In this document: positions 40,055 through 49,750 of the stretch, piece by piece
Numbering within the stretch: the first letter of the stretch is position 1
Layout of the letters: the number at the start of each line of letters is the position of its first letter
Source of the DNA: Sedimentisphaeraceae bacterium JB056
GTDB taxonomy: Bacteria > Planctomycetota > Phycisphaerae > Sedimentisphaerales > Sedimentisphaeraceae
Direction of reading: 5' to 3'
Length of the DNA: 64,000 bases
Assembly: GCA_044440125.1 (NCBI GenBank)
Contig: JBITAJ010000027.1
Span: 160,001 to 224,000, forward strand
Made by a program: the position numbers and the translations under genes
The notes under the pieces: generated by a model
Told to the model about the DNA's origin: nothing
Databases searched by the model: none
The model's input: only the letters and a program-made list of their open reading frames with translations

Positions 40055-41158
40055 ATGAAAAGAATTAAATTAATGGTTTGCCTGTTATTTCTGGCAGGAG
40101 TTGTTATGTCTGAAGCAAAAGAATTGAAATGGATTGATGTTTCAAATGATAAGTCTGTTGAAGTTGATGGCCTTGCCTGGTTTGAACAGAATGAAGGTAA
40201 GTTTATAAGGCTGCCGCTTGAAAGGAAAGATGAGATTACCAAGACAGCCTGGTGGATGAGTCTTTGTCCAAGTACGGCAAGGGTTCGTTTTAAGACAGAT
40301 TCTACAACGCTGAGGGTTAAGGTAGATCATGGAATGGCTGACCCTTCAAGAATTGCGATGTGGCATATGAGTTCTGTTGCTGTTAGCGGTATTGACCTCT
40401 ATATTGGAGAACCCGGCAACAGAGATTTCTGGAGAACCACGCATCCTAAAGAGGGAAACGGCGAATATGAGCATGTTTATTTTAAGGGATTAAATAAGGA
40501 AATGAGGGAGTTTACAATGTATCTTCCTTCATATTCAGAGCTTAAGAGTCTAAAGATAGGATTCGATGAGGATTGTCAGATACTTGAGCCTACTGCTTAT
40601 CAGATACAGAAGCCTATAACTGTTTACGGCACATCAATCACGCAGAGCGGCTGTTCATCAAGAGGTTCGAATGGGTATGTCGCATTGCTTGAAAGAAGGC
40701 TCAATGCGGATGTTGTTAATCTTGGCTTTTCCGGCAGCGGTTGTGGTGAACCTGTAATGGCTGAGCTTATGACACAGATTGATGCTTCAGTATATATTGT
40801 TGATTCTGTAGCCAACATGGAAACAGACCTTATGGATCAGAGATATGAAAAGTTCGTAAGGATACTTAGAGAAAAACGTCCTGAGATTCCGGTTATCCTA
40901 ATGACTAAGATACATTTTGCTTTTGAGATAGATCCTGATGCCAGAGCAGGTTATGATCGCCAGCATAAGGCTTTATTTGCAACGTATAAGAAGCTTAAAG
41001 AAGAGGGCGATGACAATGTGTATCTTTTTGATACGGGGCAGATCATCAAGCCCGGCGGTGACCATCCGACAGTTGACGGCATACATATGACTGATGTAGG
41101 ATATCAGATGGTGGCTAAAGAGCTTGTACCATTTGTAAAGGAGATAATAGAAGAATAA
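40055..41158 (+). CDS. SGNH/GDSL-family esterase (putative O-acetylesterase)
   Basis: Signal peptide; YGTSITQ, NLGFSGSG, DGIHMTD catalytic blocks. Confidence 0.85.
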   Translation: MKRIKLMVCLLFLAGVVMSEAKELKWIDVSNDKSVEVDGLAWFEQNEGKFIRLPLERKDEITKTAWWMSLCPSTARVRFKTDSTTLRVKVDHGMADPSRIAMWHMSSVAVSGIDLYIGEPGNRDFWRTTHPKEGNGEYEHVYFKGLNKEMREFTMYLPSYSELKSLKIGFDEDCQILEPTAYQIQKPITVYGTSITQSGCSSRGSNGYVALLERRLNADVVNLGFSGSGCGEPVMAELMTQIDASVYIVDSVANMETDLMDQRYEKFVRILREKRPEIPVILMTKIHFAFEIDPDARAGYDRQHKALFATYKKLKEEGDDNVYLFDTGQIIKPGGDHPTVDGIHMTDVGYQMVAKELVPFVKEIIEE

Positions 41159-41212
41159 ATTAACAGCTTTGATTAACAAGGCTGATTATAGAGTTTCAAT
41201 CATCCTCCATGT

Positions 41213-41253
41213 AGCAGCAGACCTGATGCGTTCGGGTTTGCTGCTTTATTTTT
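41213..41253 (+). terminator. Intrinsic terminator ending the glycan operon
   Basis: AGCAGCAGACCTGA-tgcgt-TCGGGTTTGCTGCT plus TTATTTTT. Confidence 0.8.
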
Positions 41254-41377
41254 ATCTTGTATTTGGCGGTCTTTTTGTTAAACTTTGCGACTGTTTTTAT
41301 AATTGCCAATATCTGTTTAATGTTGGCGAGAATTAGTGATAATTTGTTTTAATTACTGGACTTAAGAAATAAAGCTT

Positions 41378-43528
41378 ATGAACTCATTTAAGAGATTAAT
41401 GAAATATATCTGGCCACAGTGGCCTTCACTGGTAACTATATTTGTCGCAGTGATTTTCATCGGTCTGCTCTTCTCAGCCAGTTTCGTAACCGTTATACCC
41501 CTGCTGAAGGTCATGATGGGGCAGGAGGGCATTCACGGCTGGGTTAACCGTGAGCTTACCGCCAAGCGATATGGGATGGACTTCTATGTTCCTGAACGTG
41601 CTGATCTGGCCGATCCTACCAAAAATGTATTGTATTACCTTACGATAAATGAAATAGATGACGATGAAGGTGAGCCTGCCTATGAAGCAGGTCTGGCTCT
41701 AAATGACAAGATTATTTATGTTGGTGATGCAGGCCAAAGTGTTGATGAGCTTGGAAAAATGACCAGCTCACAGATGCTTAAAGAGTTGACTTGGCGGAAT
41801 AAGGAAGAGAACATGACTCTGACGGTTTTGCGAACTGATTCAGAAGGTGTTGACGAGCAGGTAACTATAGATCTTGAGGCCGTAAAAAAGCCTTTCTATT
41901 TCGGATATGTAAAGTCAATAATGTCTCGGATATCCATTGACGAGGATAAAAACAGCAAGTCTGAAGCTGTTAAAATGATATTCTTGCTACTTGTACTTGC
42001 CACATTTATCCGCTGTTTCGCCCGTTTCTGGCAGGACTACCTCGCTCAGAGAGTGGTAAATATTGCCCTTAACAATCTCAGGCGTGATACATTCAGTCAT
42101 ATTGTGGATATGCCTATGAAGTATTTTTCTTCGGAAGGGCCTTCAGATGCAGTCAGCAGGATTATCAGGGATACCGAGGGTGCCGGTCACGGCATCAAAG
42201 TTATGTTGGGCAAGGCTATTAGAGAACCATCCAAGGCTGTTTTTACTCTTATGATGGCATTTTTCATCAACTGGCAGATCGTTGCTATATTCCTTTGCGG
42301 TGCTCCTTTCATCGGGCTGACAGTAGGCAGACTTGGTAAAAAGATAAAGAAATCTACCCGCCGTTCTCTCCAAAGCTGGTCCAAGATGCTTTGCAAGCTT
42401 GAGGAAACTATTGCCGGTTTAAGGGCGGTTAAGGTATATAATCAGCAAGACCATGAAAAAAAGCATTTTTCATCAATAAATGATAATCTGCTCAAATACC
42501 AGAATAAAATAGCAAAGGTGGAGGCTGCTACCGGACCGCTTATGGAGTCACTTGGAATGATTGCCGGTACAGTGGGCTTGCTCTTTGTTCTGCGTTTCGT
42601 GTTCAATGGTGATCTTGATGAGTCTAAATTCTTCACCTTGTTGATACTGCTCGGCTCATCAGCCGAATCTATAAGAAAGTCAAGTGATGTTTGGAATAAG
42701 GTTCAGCAGTCCAACGCTGCTTCTGAACGTGTATTCAGTGTACTTGATCAGGAGTCTGAGAAGGAAGCAGAGAATCCTGTAGAGATCGCTGATGTTAAAG
42801 ATGAAATTGACTTCAGGGATGTTGTCTTTACATATCCCGGTGCGTCAGAGCCGGTGCTTAAGGGTGTAAATCTTAAGGTTAAGGCCGGGCAGAATATTGC
42901 TATAGTAGGGCCAAATGGTTCCGGCAAGACAACTTTATTGAACCTGTTGCCGCGTTTTTATGATTTTGACAGCGGAAAGATACTGATTGACGGCATTGAC
43001 ATTAATGATATGTCCCTTGTATCTCTAAGAAGTAAGCTTGCGGTTGTCTCTCAGAGGGTTATAACTTTTAATACGACTATCGCCGATAATATTTCCTACG
43101 GCAAGCAGGGGGCCTCAATGGATGAGATCATTGCTGCCGCCAAACATTCATATGCTCATGAATTTATAAGCAAGATGCCTGATGGATACAATACTATTAT
43201 TGGTGAGGATGGGGCAGGCTTAAGCGGCGGCCAGCTTCAGAGGATTGTAATAGCAAGAGCTATTTTGAAAGACCCGCAGATACTGATATTTGATGAGGCA
43301 ATGAGTCAGGTTGACGCTGACAGTGAGGCTAAAATTTCGAAGGCTCTTGATGATCTAACTTCAGACAGGACAAGCTTTGTCATTGCACACAGATTCTCGA
43401 CAGTAGTTAATTCTGATGTTATTGCGGTCGTTGATGAAGGTAAGGTGATAGCTACAGGCAAGCACAGCGAGCTTATTGAAAATTGCCCTCTTTATAGAAG
43501 GCTTTACGAGACTCAGCTTATGCACTAA
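41378..43528 (+). CDS. MsbA-like ABC exporter (TMD+NBD) with PDZ-like periplasmic insertion
   Basis: GPNGSGKTT, LSGGQLQR, LIFDEAMS, IAHRFST; insert contains EPAYEAGLALNDKIIYVG. Confidence 0.88.
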   Translation: MNSFKRLMKYIWPQWPSLVTIFVAVIFIGLLFSASFVTVIPLLKVMMGQEGIHGWVNRELTAKRYGMDFYVPERADLADPTKNVLYYLTINEIDDDEGEPAYEAGLALNDKIIYVGDAGQSVDELGKMTSSQMLKELTWRNKEENMTLTVLRTDSEGVDEQVTIDLEAVKKPFYFGYVKSIMSRISIDEDKNSKSEAVKMIFLLLVLATFIRCFARFWQDYLAQRVVNIALNNLRRDTFSHIVDMPMKYFSSEGPSDAVSRIIRDTEGAGHGIKVMLGKAIREPSKAVFTLMMAFFINWQIVAIFLCGAPFIGLTVGRLGKKIKKSTRRSLQSWSKMLCKLEETIAGLRAVKVYNQQDHEKKHFSSINDNLLKYQNKIAKVEAATGPLMESLGMIAGTVGLLFVLRFVFNGDLDESKFFTLLILLGSSAESIRKSSDVWNKVQQSNAASERVFSVLDQESEKEAENPVEIADVKDEIDFRDVVFTYPGASEPVLKGVNLKVKAGQNIAIVGPNGSGKTTLLNLLPRFYDFDSGKILIDGIDINDMSLVSLRSKLAVVSQRVITFNTTIADNISYGKQGASMDEIIAAAKHSYAHEFISKMPDGYNTIIGEDGAGLSGGQLQRIVIARAILKDPQILIFDEAMSQVDADSEAKISKALDDLTSDRTSFVIAHRFSTVVNSDVIAVVDEGKVIATGKHSELIENCPLYRRLYETQLMH

Positions 43529-43539
43529 TGGAGGAAAAT

Positions 43540-44628
43540 ATGAAAAAGATATATATAAGTGCGACACTGAAAGATTGCGGCAAAACGAGTGTAACTCTTG
43601 GACTTCTGCAAGCCTTGAGAGAACGTGGATACGATCCGGGTTATACCAAGCCTGTAGGTCAGAGATATGTCAATTTTAAGAATGAGAATCTTGATGAGGA
43701 TGCTGTACTTATATATGAGACGTTTGGTCTTGGTAAATTGCATCCTAAGGACCTCAGTCCTGTTGCTGTAGGCAGAGGATTTACGCGAAAATTTATTTTT
43801 GAGTCAAATGTTGCACCGCTTGAAGAAAAGATATCAAAAGCGGTTGCAAATATTGAGAAAGAGCATGAGATAATCCTTATAGAGGGTACAGGACACGCAG
43901 GTGTCGGAAGCTGCTTTGGATTATCAAACGCCAGGGTTGCTGAGTTGCTTGATTCTGAGGTCATTATAGTTGTCTCCGGCGGCATAGGCAAGCCTCTTGA
44001 CGAGGCGGCACTCTCGCTCTCGTTATTCAGGCAGCATGGAGTGAAGATCAAAGGGGTGATTCAGAATAAGGTTATACCGGAAAAATATGACAAGGTAACC
44101 GAGGCTGTGTCAAAAGGGCTTGAGAACATGGGTACCAGACTTCTCGGGGCTATCCCATTTGAACCTATGCTTACAAGATATACCATATCTCAGATTGCCG
44201 ATATGTTTGAATATGAAGTTTATTCAGGTATGGATTCTCTGCATAATAAGATCGAACATATTGTTGTTGCCGCAATGGAACCGCAAAACGTACTTCAGTA
44301 TGTCAAAGCCGGTTCTCTTATAATAACCCCGGGTGACCGAATAGATAATATTCTCTTGGCAGTCAGCCTTTCCGGTACTAAGGCATATCACCAGCAGTTC
44401 TGTACCAGCGGGCTTATTCTTACGGGAGGTTTCATGCCTGAGGATACTATTTTAAGTCTTCTGCGGGCAAGCGGCATACCTGTACTGGTTACAAGGGAAG
44501 AGACATATACTGTTAGTGCGAGAATGAAAGATCTGCTTTTCAAGATACAGACATCTGATTCCGACAAGATAAAAGCCACTCAGAGACTTGTTGAAAAGTA
44601 TGTAGATATTGATGCTATATTGGCCTGA
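43540..44628 (+). CDS. BioD-like/DRTGG protein (phosphotransacetylase N-terminal region only)
   Basis: CGKTSV P-loop, YTKPVG, LIEGTGH, ITPGDR, GLILTGG; no PTA catalytic domain; GGAGG RBS before ATG 43540. Confidence 0.8.
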   Translation: MKKIYISATLKDCGKTSVTLGLLQALRERGYDPGYTKPVGQRYVNFKNENLDEDAVLIYETFGLGKLHPKDLSPVAVGRGFTRKFIFESNVAPLEEKISKAVANIEKEHEIILIEGTGHAGVGSCFGLSNARVAELLDSEVIIVVSGGIGKPLDEAALSLSLFRQHGVKIKGVIQNKVIPEKYDKVTEAVSKGLENMGTRLLGAIPFEPMLTRYTISQIADMFEYEVYSGMDSLHNKIEHIVVAAMEPQNVLQYVKAGSLIITPGDRIDNILLAVSLSGTKAYHQQFCTSGLILTGGFMPEDTILSLLRASGIPVLVTREETYTVSARMKDLLFKIQTSDSDKIKATQRLVEKYVDIDAILA

Positions 44629-44635
44629 GAATAGC

Positions 44636-45721
44636 CTATATATGTATTTCGAAAAGTGGCGTTGATGCGTTATCTATAGTATCAAGAGCCGTGTTTACAA
44701 CTTTTTCAACACTTTCCTGATCAAATTTTGAGAATTTATCAGTTGCAAACCTTAAGGCTTTTGCCGCAGAGCCTATCGGTTTGTATACAGCCGGATTGGT
44801 CGGCCCGAATATTGACACTGTTGGCAGCTGCATTGCTCCGCTTATATGGCTTACTCCGCTGTCGTTGCCGATATATAGTTTTGCTATACTGAGCAGGCCC
44901 ACAACCTGTTCTATGTTGAGTGAACTTATTATCGCGGATGTATCTTTAAGTTTCTGAATATCATCTCTGTTGAAACGCTCGAATTCAACTTCCCCCAGAA
45001 GAAAAAGTGGCTTTAGCTGGCTCTTTTCCAGCTCTTTTGCTGTTGATATATAGTTGTCTATATGCCAGCATTTTTCCCTTCCACCGCTGCCTGGGCAGAT
45101 AACTGCGAGCTCTTTATCTGAGCAGTCTATTCCGACCTGATCTCTAACGATGCTTAAGCCTTGCTGCACATCGTTAAGATTCGGACAGATAATGCCTTCA
45201 ATCTCGAGAGCTTTCTTGTGGACATTCTCTACTCCGAGAGCCTCAATAGAGGGCTTTTTCAAGTTTATAAGTTCCTCTATATGAAAGTCGCTTATATGTT
45301 TGGAATTATCATCCTGTGATCTTGCCGAAAGCATTACTATTTCCGGACTGCTCGTAAAACATGCCAGGTATGCGAGGTTTGTTTCAAAGTTGCTGCCTTC
45401 TGTGCCTAAGAAGCTGATTATCCAGTCATAGCCGCTGAATGTCCTTACTAACGGGTCATCTTCTTCCAATTCAAAGCTTGATGGTTCTGTAAACATTCTG
45501 TCAAGTTTTAGTGAATGAATATTTCGTATTGATGATACCGCAGTTCTGCCCGGCATAAATGACACATAGTCTCCGGGACCGATGAAATTAATGGTCTTTA
45601 TATTGAGTACTTTTTGAAGAAAAGCGGCAAGCTTTAATGTTAATACGCAGTCACCTAATGCACCACTGTGGATTATCAGGGCTTTATTTGCCGCTCTTGT
45701 ATCATCTAAATAATAGAACAT
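44636..45721 (-). CDS. Glycosyltransferase family 9 (heptosyltransferase-like)
   Basis: GALGD, PGSGGREKCW, YIGNDSGVSH, FGPTNP. Confidence 0.88.
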   Translation of the reverse strand: MFYYLDDTRAANKALIIHSGALGDCVLTLKLAAFLQKVLNIKTINFIGPGDYVSFMPGRTAVSSIRNIHSLKLDRMFTEPSSFELEEDDPLVRTFSGYDWIISFLGTEGSNFETNLAYLACFTSSPEIVMLSARSQDDNSKHISDFHIEELINLKKPSIEALGVENVHKKALEIEGIICPNLNDVQQGLSIVRDQVGIDCSDKELAVICPGSGGREKCWHIDNYISTAKELEKSQLKPLFLLGEVEFERFNRDDIQKLKDTSAIISSLNIEQVVGLLSIAKLYIGNDSGVSHISGAMQLPTVSIFGPTNPAVYKPIGSAAKALRFATDKFSKFDQESVEKVVNTALDTIDNASTPLFEIHI

Positions 45722-45741
45722 ATCGGTTGTTCCGGATTCAT

Positions 45742-46806
45742 TCAGCTCGTTTGGGTAGAGCGTATCCAGCCTCCACCGGCCAGATATCTCTGGTCACCTT
45801 CAGCTATATATATCGCTGCAAGCTGCCCTGGTGTTATAGCGGACATCTTGTCGTCGAATATGATTTTCATCTCATTTCCCAATGGGTATACAGTTGCACT
45901 GGCTCCCGGATTATTATATCTTATTTTGACTATTGCTTCAAAAGGTTCTTCTGGTTCATTTATCAGCCAGTTTGGTTTGTCTGTATAGCAAATCTTTGAT
46001 AACAGCTTCTCTTTTGGTCCCAGTGTTACGGTATTGGTTTTAGCGTCAAGTCCTACGACATACACAGGGTCTCCCATTGCTACTCCGAGTCCTCGTCGCT
46101 GTCCTATAGTGTAGCGGTGTATGCCCTGATGTTTTCCGAGTACTTTACCGTCAATATATACTATATCACCTTCTCTAACTACCTCAGGGCAAAGATTTTC
46201 AAGACATGCTACATAATCATCATTGGGAATAAAGCATATCTCTTGTGAATCGGGTTTGTTTTCGACTCCAAGAGCATTATCTGCAGCTATTTCTCTTATT
46301 TGGTCTTTTGTATACTTACCAGTAGGAAATATGATATGTTTGACAACATCGGAATCTATCATGGCAAGCACGTATGATTGTTCTTTACGCAGATCGCTGC
46401 CGACATATATCTTGCCTTTTTCCTGACGTATATAATGGCCGGTTGCGATATGGTCACAATCTTTTGATTTCGCGTGGTCCCAGAGAAGTCCGAATTTCAT
46501 TACTCTGTTGCAGTATACGCAAGGATTGGGTGTTCTTGCTTTTTTATACTCACTGCAGAAATAATCGAGGACATCATTGAATTTTTCTCTAAGATCAAGT
46601 ATGTCCAATTCTATATTCAGCAAAGAGGCTACCCGCTTTGCATCTTCCATATCACCGCTGCAATTGTCATGAGTTATCATAAAGACACCGCGGCAGTCGT
46701 AGTTCTGCTGTTTCAAAAGAAAAGCGGCGACGGAACTATCCACGCCGCCGCTCATTGCTATACAAACTTTTTTCATATTGCAGTATTGCGGTTTTGATTT
46801 TATCAA
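45742..46806 (-). CDS. mnmA: tRNA 2-thiouridylase MnmA
   Basis: AMSGGVDSS, TPNPCVYCN, ATGHY, DSQEICF, YTIGQRRGLG, ITPGQ; ATG at 46776 is a likely alternative start. Confidence 0.95.
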   Translation of the reverse strand: MIKSKPQYCNMKKVCIAMSGGVDSSVAAFLLKQQNYDCRGVFMITHDNCSGDMEDAKRVASLLNIELDILDLREKFNDVLDYFCSEYKKARTPNPCVYCNRVMKFGLLWDHAKSKDCDHIATGHYIRQEKGKIYVGSDLRKEQSYVLAMIDSDVVKHIIFPTGKYTKDQIREIAADNALGVENKPDSQEICFIPNDDYVACLENLCPEVVREGDIVYIDGKVLGKHQGIHRYTIGQRRGLGVAMGDPVYVVGLDAKTNTVTLGPKEKLLSKICYTDKPNWLINEPEEPFEAIVKIRYNNPGASATVYPLGNEMKIIFDDKMSAITPGQLAAIYIAEGDQRYLAGGGWIRSTQTS

Positions 46807-46809
46807 GTC

Positions 46810-47937
46810 TTATTCTTCAGCAGGTTTTTCTGTGGTCTGCTCCTCAGCTGCTTCTGGCTGTGTTGTTTCGCTATTATCTTGAGGGAGAGTCTCAGGCTCG
46901 ATCGTCATTTCTTCAACGTTTTGCTGCTCTGATTCATCAACTGCTGGTGCTTCTTCTGCTTGCTCTGCCTCGAGTGCTTTGATTTCTTCAGCAGCTCGTT
47001 GATTTGCCATATCTTCTATGCGTTGCAATTCTTCAGCTGATCTTTGCTGTTTTTTAGGCTGTACATTATTAATCCAGTCAATCCAGCCTTCTTTCTCTTT
47101 CTCCTCTTCTGCAGCAGCCTGAGCTTTAGCTTTTTCAATCTGGTTTTGTTTTACTGAAGGGTCGCCCATCAAGACGACATCCTTATGCTCATCGAAATCA
47201 GTGGTACACTTACCAACCTTGATCTTTATTCTTACGATATATGTTTCTGTGTCAAAGAGCATTCTTACTCTTGAAGGGCCAAGTGTAGGATGATCGAAAC
47301 TGACTCCTTCAGGTTCATCTATTTTTGAGAGTTTGGCAGGTACTCGCTCCAATTCATAGAGCAGCTCATTGAATGTCTGCCTGAGCATCATTGCTGATGA
47401 ATAAATGTAGTCACTGTCATATCTGACTACATCGATATCCTTTATATAAAGGTTAAGAGCTGTCTTGAGTGCTTCCCTTTTGCGTTCATTTTCTGTAGTT
47501 AATTCCAGCTCGTCAAATTCCGGTGGAAGCACAAACTCGAATTCAGCTCTCATTTTCTTAGACTTCGATCCGTAGAAAAGCCTCCAGCCCGGAGAATCTT
47601 CATCGACCAGGAACGCATACTTTCTTGCGGCTGTATTGCTTGCTTCATCAAAGCTGACGACATTCAGCCATATGACGGCACCATTACCATTCTGTGCCCA
47701 ACTAACAACTGTTTGTTCGTCCTGACTAAGCATCTCTCCAAGAGATTCATCCTGTATGAAAGATAGAACTTCTGCAGCAGAGCTTTCGCCTATTTCAACT
47801 CTGTCAAATCTGCTAAAAACCGATTCCATTTCAGGTGCACAGCCTCTGGGTAAATGATTACACCCGCTTAAGACCAGAACCGAACAGGCCAGTAAGATAG
47901 AGATAATTGAGCGTTTCACAATATTAGCCTTTCCCAA
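46810..47937 (-). CDS. Hypothetical lipoprotein with acidic C-terminal tail
   Basis: VLSG|C lipobox; 375-aa ORF. Confidence 0.7.
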   Translation of the reverse strand: MGKANIVKRSIISILLACSVLVLSGCNHLPRGCAPEMESVFSRFDRVEIGESSAAEVLSFIQDESLGEMLSQDEQTVVSWAQNGNGAVIWLNVVSFDEASNTAARKYAFLVDEDSPGWRLFYGSKSKKMRAEFEFVLPPEFDELELTTENERKREALKTALNLYIKDIDVVRYDSDYIYSSAMMLRQTFNELLYELERVPAKLSKIDEPEGVSFDHPTLGPSRVRMLFDTETYIVRIKIKVGKCTTDFDEHKDVVLMGDPSVKQNQIEKAKAQAAAEEEKEKEGWIDWINNVQPKKQQRSAEELQRIEDMANQRAAEEIKALEAEQAEEAPAVDESEQQNVEEMTIEPETLPQDNSETTQPEAAEEQTTEKPAEE

Positions 47938-47967
47938 TCGTATGTCTTCATCCTTAAATTGCCAGAA

Positions 47968-47992
47968 GGGGACAAGCTTAGAGCCTGTCCCC
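47968..47992 (-). terminator. Stem-loop after ilvC (weak terminator)
   Basis: Minus strand GGGGACAGGC-tctaa-GCTTGTCCCC then TTCT. Confidence 0.55.
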
Positions 47993-48023
47993 GAATAGTT
48001 TAATTATCGTGATTGTCTTTTAA

Positions 48024-49025
48024 TTAGACTTCTTTAGAATCGATCCACTTCATCATTTTGCGAAGCTTACGTCCTACTACCTCAAGCTGGCAGTCGTGAT
48101 CTGCATCGTAAAGAGCGTTGAACTTCTTGAGTCCGCCCTTATACTCTTCGATCCATTCCTGAGCAAACTTGCCAGACTGAATCTCAGCGAGGATTTCTTT
48201 CATCTTAGCCTTTGTATCATCAGTGATGATCTTAGGACCAGTGATCAAGTCACCCCATTCTGCTGTGTTTGAAACGCTGTATCTCATGTAGTTGATACCG
48301 CCTTCATACATCAGGTCAACGATGAGCTTAACTTCGTGCATACATTCGAAGTATGCGATCTCTGGCTGGTAACCGGCTTCTGTAAGAGTCTCGAAACCAG
48401 CTTTGATCAGGGCAGTAAGACCACCGCAAAGAACTACCTGCTCGCCGAAGAGGTCTGTTTCAGTTTCTTCTTTGAATGTAGTTTCAATGATGCCTGCACG
48501 TGCACCGCCGATACCGTTAGCCCATGCAAGAGCAACTGCTTTGCCTGTGCCGTCTTTGTCCTGCTGAATAGCGATGATGTTTGGAACACCGCCACCCTTG
48601 ACGAACTCGCTGCGTACAAGGTGACCAGGTCCCTTAGGAGCGATCATTACTACGTTGCAGTTTTCAGGTACCTGTATGTAACCGAAGTGGATGTTGAAAC
48701 CATGGCAGAAACCAAGAGTCTGGTTATCTGTGAGGTTTGGCTTGATCTGTGATTCGTAAACACTTGCCTGTACTTCGTCAGGAAGGGTAACGATGATCAG
48801 AGCAGCACCATCCATTGCGTTTTTGATATCTGTCGGAGTGAATCCGTGTTTTTTAGCCAGTTCAAAGTTCTCTGTGCCTTCGAGTTCCGCGATAGCTACT
48901 TCGATTCCACTGTCTCTAAGGTTCTGCGCATGAGCATGACCCTGACTACCGTAACCAACAACAGCAACTTTCTTGCCTTTGAGCCCGTCAATTGGGGCAT
49001 CATTTTCATATAACACTTGTGCCAT
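48024..49025 (-). CDS. ilvC: Ketol-acid reductoisomerase
   Basis: GYGSQGHAHAQNLRDSG, APKGPGHLVR, ETETDLFGEQ. Confidence 0.97.
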   Translation of the reverse strand: MAQVLYENDAPIDGLKGKKVAVVGYGSQGHAHAQNLRDSGIEVAIAELEGTENFELAKKHGFTPTDIKNAMDGAALIIVTLPDEVQASVYESQIKPNLTDNQTLGFCHGFNIHFGYIQVPENCNVVMIAPKGPGHLVRSEFVKGGGVPNIIAIQQDKDGTGKAVALAWANGIGGARAGIIETTFKEETETDLFGEQVVLCGGLTALIKAGFETLTEAGYQPEIAYFECMHEVKLIVDLMYEGGINYMRYSVSNTAEWGDLITGPKIITDDTKAKMKEILAEIQSGKFAQEWIEEYKGGLKKFNALYDADHDCQLEVVGRKLRKMMKWIDSKEV

Positions 49026-49201
49026 AATGATTTTATCTCCTGTTTCTAAAAGATTAATAGCTTTTATCTATATTTTTACTCTACAATCTGCAACCAGAAT
49101 TGCGATAGTAGAACGATTTTAACTTTTATAAAAAAATACTAAACTACTTTTTGGTATTTTTTTTCGATTTATACAAACTTTTCCTGTTTTTAAGCTGATT
49201 A

Positions 49202-49684
49202 TCAGCCTCTATTGTATCTTGGCATAGCAATTGTACCTGTCCTTGCCATGCTTTTGATACCGTAGGGTTTGCAGGCTTCTATGAATGCTTCGACTTTGCT
49301 TTCCGGGCCGGAAATCTCAATCATAACGTTCTTAGGGCCTATGTCAACAACTTTAGCATCAAACATTGTTACCAGAGATTGTATCTCAGGGCGTTTATCC
49401 TGTGTAGTATGGACGTTTATAAGCATAAGATCTCTGTTTACAATGTCCTGTCCTAAGAAGTCCTGAACCTTAACTACAGAAACGATTTTGCCCAGTTGCT
49501 TGCGTACCTGCTCAACCACCTTACTGTCGCCTATTACGACTATTGTCATACGGCTCAGGTTCGGGTCGTCGGTCCTTCCAACGGCTAATGAATCTATATT
49601 AAAGGCTCTGGCGGCAAACATTCCTGCAACGTGTGCGAGAACGCCCGGCTTATTTTGTACCAATGCACTTATTACGTGTTTCAT
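49202..49684 (-). CDS. ilvN: Acetolactate synthase small (regulatory) subunit
   Basis: LVQNKPGVLA, FNIDSLAVG, SRMTIV, ARTG. Confidence 0.95.
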   Translation of the reverse strand: MKHVISALVQNKPGVLAHVAGMFAARAFNIDSLAVGRTDDPNLSRMTIVVIGDSKVVEQVRKQLGKIVSVVKVQDFLGQDIVNRDLMLINVHTTQDKRPEIQSLVTMFDAKVVDIGPKNVMIEISGPESKVEAFIEACKPYGIKSMARTGTIAMPRYNRG

Positions 49685-49750
49685 AGGTTAATCTCCATGA
49701 TATTGCGATTAAAAGATGACTGTTGGTTTATATACCTGTCAGGTATGAAC

